From: a virus | IMG/VR virus record: IMGVR_UViG_3300025865_000006 | Location: 53,071 to 117,070 of that record | Direction: 5' to 3' (one strand) | DNA length: 64,000 nt | Shown: positions 59,801 to 64,000 of the stretch, piece after piece | Layout: every line of letters begins with the position of its first letter | Numbering within the stretch: the stretch's first letter is position 1 | Position numbers and translations under genes: made by a program | The notes under the pieces: generated by a model | What the model was told of the DNA's origin: nothing | What the model saw: only the letters and a program-made list of their open reading frames with translations | Database searches by the model: none

Positions 59801-62458
59801 CAAACTCAGACTGATATTAAGCAGACTTCACTAGTATCTGCACAAACACAGGTTAATATAAAGGCCACATCTCTTGGATATGCCCAAGCACAAGTTGATA
59901 TAAACGCTTTTGGTGTTCAAGTTTATGCTCAGGCAGCTACAAATATTAAGGGTACTGGTGTTGGCGGATTTGCACAATCTCAGGCCGACATTAAAAATTG
60001 GGGCCAAACAGTTTATGCTCAAACCCAAGTAGACGTTAAGGCTAAATCTACTGCCTTTGCACAGGGCCAAACAGATATCAAGGCAGTTTCATTTGCCAAT
60101 TCTCAGGCACAAGCACAAATTATCTTATCCGGTAGACAGGAATATGCACAACCACAGGCCGATATAAAGCAAATCGGGCAAGGATTTGCTATTGCTCAAA
60201 CTGACATTAAAGTAACAGAACAGGTCTTCGGTCAAGCGTTAGCTACTATCCTACAAAAGAGTAGGGTATCTGCAAACGCACAAACGGATATTAAGTCCTA
60301 CTATATGCAGTCTGGACTATCCCAAACCGATATCAAGGTTACAAGTCGCGTATATGCACAGGCAGCTACTTGGATCAAGTTTACGAATACGGTAGCACTT
60401 GGTCAGGCACAAGCGGACGTTAAGACTACATACTTAGTACAGGCACAGACAAACTCTCGTATCGTTGGATTTAATGTTTCACAATTTGCTCAGGCTATAA
60501 CAAATATCCGCTTTAGTGGAACCACTGTATCGGCTCAGGCGCAAGTAAAGATTTATGCCTTCAATTATCCTCAATGGGCGCAGGCACAAACTGATGTTAA
60601 GAGAACCTTCCAAGTAGTAGCTCAAGCACAAGCATGGGTAAATCAAAAATATCAAACAGTTGCGCAAGCAATGGCAGATATCAAAAAGAGTTATTATTCC
60701 GTGTCCCAAGCACAGACAAGTATCAAGCAATCCTCGTTAGTTGGGGCGCAAGTAAATGCCTACATTCAACTGTCAGGTCTACAGGTATACGGACAGGCAG
60801 AAGCAGATATAAAGGTTACAGCGGCTCAAACAGGGCAAACTACTGCGTTAGTGGTCATAAATGATATAGTTTGCAGCGGTCAAGCACAGGCAGCTATTTT
60901 GACTCAGTATCAGTCTTATGCACAATCTAATGCTGATATTACACAAACTTATCAGGCATATGCTCAGTCACAAACTGATATAAGTCAAACATATTATACA
61001 TTTGCGCAATCTATGGTAAATGTCCAAAATAGTTATCAATCTTATGGACAGGCTACTGGCTATATTGAAGTAAGTAATATAGTTGTTAGTGCCCAAACGC
61101 AGGCGTATATCGTATCTGGAATTAAAGCATACGCTCAGGTACAAGCATACATAAAGAGTATTATACAACATTACGCACAGGCTACAGTGTGGATTGGTGG
61201 TTCTGCATTAGGACTAGCGCAAGCACAAGCAAGAGTAAAGACTCTTGGTATTACAACATATGCTCAGGTACAAGCCGATGTTAAGGATTGGGGACAAACT
61301 ACTTATGCACAAAGCCAAGCAGGTATCCTAGATTGGGGCAAAAACGTTTCTGCTCAGGCAAGGGTAAGAGTTACAACAACAAAGCAAGTTGTAGCAAGTA
61401 TCCAAGCAAAGATTAAGGGCATTGCTGTTAAGGGATATGGTCAATCACAGGCCGATATTAAAGATTGGGGTCAGACAGTTTATGCTCAATCTCAGACTGA
61501 TATAGAGCATACCTATAATGTATTTGCACAAGCAAAGGTAGATATAGAAACTACCTACACAGCTTATGCACAGGCGCAGACTAAAATTAAGGCTATTAGC
61601 CAGATATTTACGCAGTCACAAACTGATATAAAGGCTAAGAGTTTAGTATTTACACAAGCATCTGCGTGGATCGGCGGATCAAGTGTTCAGCCAGCACAGG
61701 TATTGGCTGATATTAAACAGTCATACACAGTATGTGCTAATGCACGAACCAGCATAGAGCAGAATTATCAAGCATCTGCACAAGCACAGGCGCAAGTAAA
61801 AACTACATATAAGACATATTCACAGGCAATAGCACAAATCAAACAAATAAGCCAGGTTTATGCACAGGTCAGCGTTCACATAAGATCAACGTTCCCTGCT
61901 GTTGCTCAGGCTCAGGCTAAGATTTACCTTGTTGGTATGGGATATGCTAACAGTGGCGTAGCAATTAAGCAAGTTTCTAGCGGTTATGCACAAGCACAGA
62001 CTCAAATCCTTGGACTGTATATTAATCAGACACAAGCTAACGCCCAAGGATTAGTTAAGACAACTATTAATATATACGGACAGGCCGAAGCCAGCGTTAT
62101 ACTGTCAGGTATTAATCAGGCAGCATCTACACAAACATTGGTTCAAACCTACGATTGGGTATACGGCCAATCTGCTGTTTGGGTTCAGGCAACTTATGAA
62201 GGCTATGCACAGGCTCAGGCAGTATTCAGCAAGTCTGCTGGATATGGACAGGCCCAAGTTTACATAATATTTGAATACATACTAAAGACACTAATAATAA
62301 GTGACGTGGCATTAGGATTAGTATTAAGTGATCTAATAGTTCCACAGGAAAGATTAGATGATATAGTAATAAAGATAGTAGAAACAGAACCACAGGAAAT
62401 TATACTTAGATTATCAGAGAGAACTCTGTTATTAGTACTCAGTGATAGAGATTACTAA
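56801..62458 (+). CDS. 1885-aa repeat-rich fibre/tail-associated protein with an internal LamG domain
   Basis: Long array of ~16-17-aa (Y/F)AQAQ(T/A)DIK repeats; LamG motifs YS..VLADSPIAYWR, FTLEMW, HHIV, VDEVAIY. Confidence 0.8.
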   Translation: MALTTANRGSGGIGSGTSAVVTPASNFTAGSWAVLEISYDNAGSSGADPYSAISDSVGNTWTPRQNALNDPGAASAGNVLRIFTSNMSVGALTTGNTITVAYGGKTVGSTAWALTEVDSAAGNNVAYETGATATGSSTAPTITTSSIDKAQIVIGAVGDQYGTAQTFTNDSDTANGSWTTAQTATNGTTTSGQSISSQAKILTAPGAQTYNVTLGTSATWAIAWITLLENMEVRAQAQATVVAVATTRQVEAQAQSDIKDWNITTYAQSQADIKQTYPRGGTSYSATVLADSPIAYWRQGELSGTSMADAIATATGTYVNSPTLGVAGALTGDSDTAVRFAAASTQYATVATLPAIVDTFTLEMWVKRDSTSSGTHVYLSYDHGAQIYSYNNSLVFDLGYTGSCLDTVAGFWMDTTFFHHIVVTKNGAARHMYFDGAECTYSTSVARTFPSKTAVTIAAQVAGANPMNGVVDEVAIYDTALSSTAVAAHYTAGAIGGIQSPTFAQVQAQITIATATTRYTYGQTQSDIKDWGQTVYAQTQADIKDWGIQVFAQANAWIKDTGQTTYGQTLTRINAFAVQFYAQSMVNIRGTSIQTFGQSQADIKQTYPLCISGAFQSDAFQNGAFQTDYCEGAFAQTQVDVDVKAISKVYGQAQTDIKTVYRANAQAQTQVVAALSTKQQFAQVNAWIKITLIEAEAQTQTDIKTVQKAFVQTQTDVKQYAVTYAQAQSDIKQVSLVSAQVQTDIKQTSTGYAQPNSWIRVTSITVWGQTQSKIKATYSTLGQTCADIKSYTPSFAQAQVDVKQFSQVFAQSQVDIKAASRAYAQAQTDIKQTYQGYADTQTDITQTYTASVNAQADVKVASQVWAQGNSWIKVINNTVYAQTQTDIEVTSTGFAQVQSQIILSSRQSYAQSTAWIKTVGLVSCAQAQVQIVGAATTTTIYAQSNANILDWGQTTYGQTQADIKQVGIGYGQANAQIILSGRLSYAQVQANIKQFSQGFAQTQTDIKQTSLVSAQTQVNIKATSLGYAQAQVDINAFGVQVYAQAATNIKGTGVGGFAQSQADIKNWGQTVYAQTQVDVKAKSTAFAQGQTDIKAVSFANSQAQAQIILSGRQEYAQPQADIKQIGQGFAIAQTDIKVTEQVFGQALATILQKSRVSANAQTDIKSYYMQSGLSQTDIKVTSRVYAQAATWIKFTNTVALGQAQADVKTTYLVQAQTNSRIVGFNVSQFAQAITNIRFSGTTVSAQAQVKIYAFNYPQWAQAQTDVKRTFQVVAQAQAWVNQKYQTVAQAMADIKKSYYSVSQAQTSIKQSSLVGAQVNAYIQLSGLQVYGQAEADIKVTAAQTGQTTALVVINDIVCSGQAQAAILTQYQSYAQSNADITQTYQAYAQSQTDISQTYYTFAQSMVNVQNSYQSYGQATGYIEVSNIVVSAQTQAYIVSGIKAYAQVQAYIKSIIQHYAQATVWIGGSALGLAQAQARVKTLGITTYAQVQADVKDWGQTTYAQSQAGILDWGKNVSAQARVRVTTTKQVVASIQAKIKGIAVKGYGQSQADIKDWGQTVYAQSQTDIEHTYNVFAQAKVDIETTYTAYAQAQTKIKAISQIFTQSQTDIKAKSLVFTQASAWIGGSSVQPAQVLADIKQSYTVCANARTSIEQNYQASAQAQAQVKTTYKTYSQAIAQIKQISQVYAQVSVHIRSTFPAVAQAQAKIYLVGMGYANSGVAIKQVSSGYAQAQTQILGLYINQTQANAQGLVKTTINIYGQAEASVILSGINQAASTQTLVQTYDWVYGQSAVWVQATYEGYAQAQAVFSKSAGYGQAQVYIIFEYILKTLIISDVALGLVLSDLIVPQERLDDIVIKIVETEPQEIILRLSERTLLLVLSDRDY

Positions 62459-62469
62459 GGGGTGATAGA

Positions 62470-62766
62470 ATGGCAATAAATCCAAACGTATATGTACTTG
62501 GTGGAGCACCAGAAATCCGTATGGAGTTCTTTGACTTAAACGAGCAGCCTATGGTTCCTATCTATTATAAGTTAAGTGTTAAGAGTCCCCAAGGAAATAT
62601 CGTAACAGTATCCGGTACAGACTTAACTACAAACTCAGGATATTTATCCTATATATATCACCCCAATACAATCGGCTGGTATGAGTATGAGGGATGGGGA
62701 ATAGACGGAATGGGGCGTGAAATAGCTCAGACAAATGGCTTTGAAGTAATAGATAGAGTTTATTAG
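62470..62766 (+). CDS. small beta-sandwich virion protein (BppU/Ig-like)
   Basis: Pattern ..P.G......G...Y.Y.P...G.Y.Y.. seen in phage Ig-like adaptors. Confidence 0.5.
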   Translation: MAINPNVYVLGGAPEIRMEFFDLNEQPMVPIYYKLSVKSPQGNIVTVSGTDLTTNSGYLSYIYHPNTIGWYEYEGWGIDGMGREIAQTNGFEVIDRVY

Positions 62767-62779
62767 GGAAGGGGATAAA

Positions 62780-63940
62780 ATGCCAATTACACATGCTAAG
62801 GTTTCTGCTAAGTCAGATGGTGGAGATACGAGCGAAGTTTTACCTTCTGAATGGAATGCTGCCCACGTCGGCAACTCCCTCGGCTACTTCAACGTGGCCG
62901 ACTATGGAGCCCCCGGCGACGCGACTGACCAGACGACGGCCATTCAGGCGGCGATCACGGCGGCCGGAGCGGCTGTGGATGCCAACCATCGGGGCGGTAC
63001 GGTCTGGCTCCCACGCGGGTGTTATATCACCACGGCCACGTTGAACATCCCCAATTTCGTCCGCCTGACAGGTCCCGGTCGGCCGATGCATACCAGCGAG
63101 CAGGGTTCCTACGGCGACCCGAGCGGGTACTTCGGGGCGGATATCGCGGCGGGCGGCGGGCTGGATTTCAACATGTTTGAGAACTCCGACCTTACGAACG
63201 GCAACACCGGCATCGAAGTCGATCATCTGCGGATCGACCAGCGCGGCGTCACGGGCGACCATGACGTGTTTCACCTCGCCTATCTCTGGCGGTCGTCGTT
63301 CCACGACAACGATATCGTGGGCTCGACCGGGACGACAAACAAGCGGGGTATCTACTTCGAATACGGCGAGGAACTTAGGGTTGTAGACAACCGTTTCTCT
63401 TATTGCGGCATCTGCACCGGGAACACAAACTCCCTGACCGCCAAGAACAACGATATCGGCGCGTTTATGAAGTATGGCATCGAATTGTACATGGGCTTCG
63501 GGCACCGCATCCACGAAAACCACATCTACAATGCGTCCGAATTCGGCATTACGGGCTTGGGGTTGAAGGGTTGCACCCTTATCGCTAACCATGTTGAAGA
63601 TTGCGACAAGCACGGGATGTATTTCGGGGAGTTGATGGTTGGCAACGTGCTCGCCATGAACATCGTCAAGCAGAACTCCAGGTCTAGCGCCGGGGCGTTT
63701 AGCGGCATTTACATCGACTCCGCTCCGGGCGCAAGCGTCCGCAACATCCTGAGCAACAACCAGTGTTACGATACACAGGACTCGCCCACGCAGCAGTATG
63801 GCATCTACCTTGGCTCATACAGCGGCACGCAGACCAACGATAATTTGGTCATCGGCAATATGTACTACGGAAACACGGCGGGTGGCTATGGCGAGAAGGC
63901 TGGCATGACCAACACCGTCGTGAACAACGTAAGCGCATAG
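62780..63940 (+). CDS. tailspike-like right-handed beta-helix protein
   Basis: FNVADYGA.GD..DQT.AIQAA..GG.VWLP.G.Y followed by Asn-ladder G-I repeats; phage-type N-terminus PSEWNAAH. Confidence 0.8.
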   Translation: MPITHAKVSAKSDGGDTSEVLPSEWNAAHVGNSLGYFNVADYGAPGDATDQTTAIQAAITAAGAAVDANHRGGTVWLPRGCYITTATLNIPNFVRLTGPGRPMHTSEQGSYGDPSGYFGADIAAGGGLDFNMFENSDLTNGNTGIEVDHLRIDQRGVTGDHDVFHLAYLWRSSFHDNDIVGSTGTTNKRGIYFEYGEELRVVDNRFSYCGICTGNTNSLTAKNNDIGAFMKYGIELYMGFGHRIHENHIYNASEFGITGLGLKGCTLIANHVEDCDKHGMYFGELMVGNVLAMNIVKQNSRSSAGAFSGIYIDSAPGASVRNILSNNQCYDTQDSPTQQYGIYLGSYSGTQTNDNLVIGNMYYGNTAGGYGEKAGMTNTVVNNVSA

Positions 63941-64000
63941 GCGCTCTTGGAGGTTATCGTGCGCTTCAAAATAAGAGATAAAAGTGAGTTGAAGTGCTCA

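Noticed and set aside
56801-63940. Diversity-generating retroelement or invertible tail-fibre system
   Set aside because: No reverse transcriptase, recombinase, or near-identical template/variable repeat pair was seen in the window.

Overview
A 64-kb segment of a large tailed dsDNA bacteriophage genome, read with standard code 11; no capsid, terminase or integrase gene lies in this window. Layout: (1) 1.2-9.7 kb minus-strand and 10.3-28.3 kb plus-strand blocks of mostly small orphan genes, including RuvB-like, DUF2786, CX5R phosphatase, Rnl2-like RNA ligase and RadC/JAB genes, plus an ncRNA-rich island at 15.8-17.2 kb. (2) 28.3-31.5 kb, a repeat-rich regulatory zone with an RGR-motif basic protein and a kinase-fold protein. 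(3) 31.6-41.3 kb, minus-strand accessory and nucleotide-metabolism genes (methyltransferase, DUF550, IMPDH/GMPR, RlpA-like). (4) 41.5-54 kb, replication genes (class II RNR, DnaG, PolA, SLOG, ThyX), ten of the window's 12 tRNA genes and a Ro60/TROVE gene. (5) 54-64 kb, virion and tail genes (glycosyltransferase-methyltransferase fusion, 1885-aa repeat fibre with a LamG insert, beta-helix tailspike). The main observation is downstream of Ro60: six RNAs share one covarying scaffold (outer stem - YAGTGMMG - inner stem - TACTTC - variable cargo - inner stem - AATYCT - outer stem) but carry different cargo, including circularly permuted tRNA-Pro-like and tRNA-Lys(UUU)-like modules and a bare Ser(UGA)-like anticodon loop. 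A second pair of larger GNCGAAG-bearing RNAs, one with a permuted tRNA module, lies at 16.1-16.6 kb. I interpret this as a phage-encoded Ro60/Y-RNA-like system with a modular RNA library. All structures were folded by eye, all family calls come from motif recognition without database searches, and all functions are inferred.
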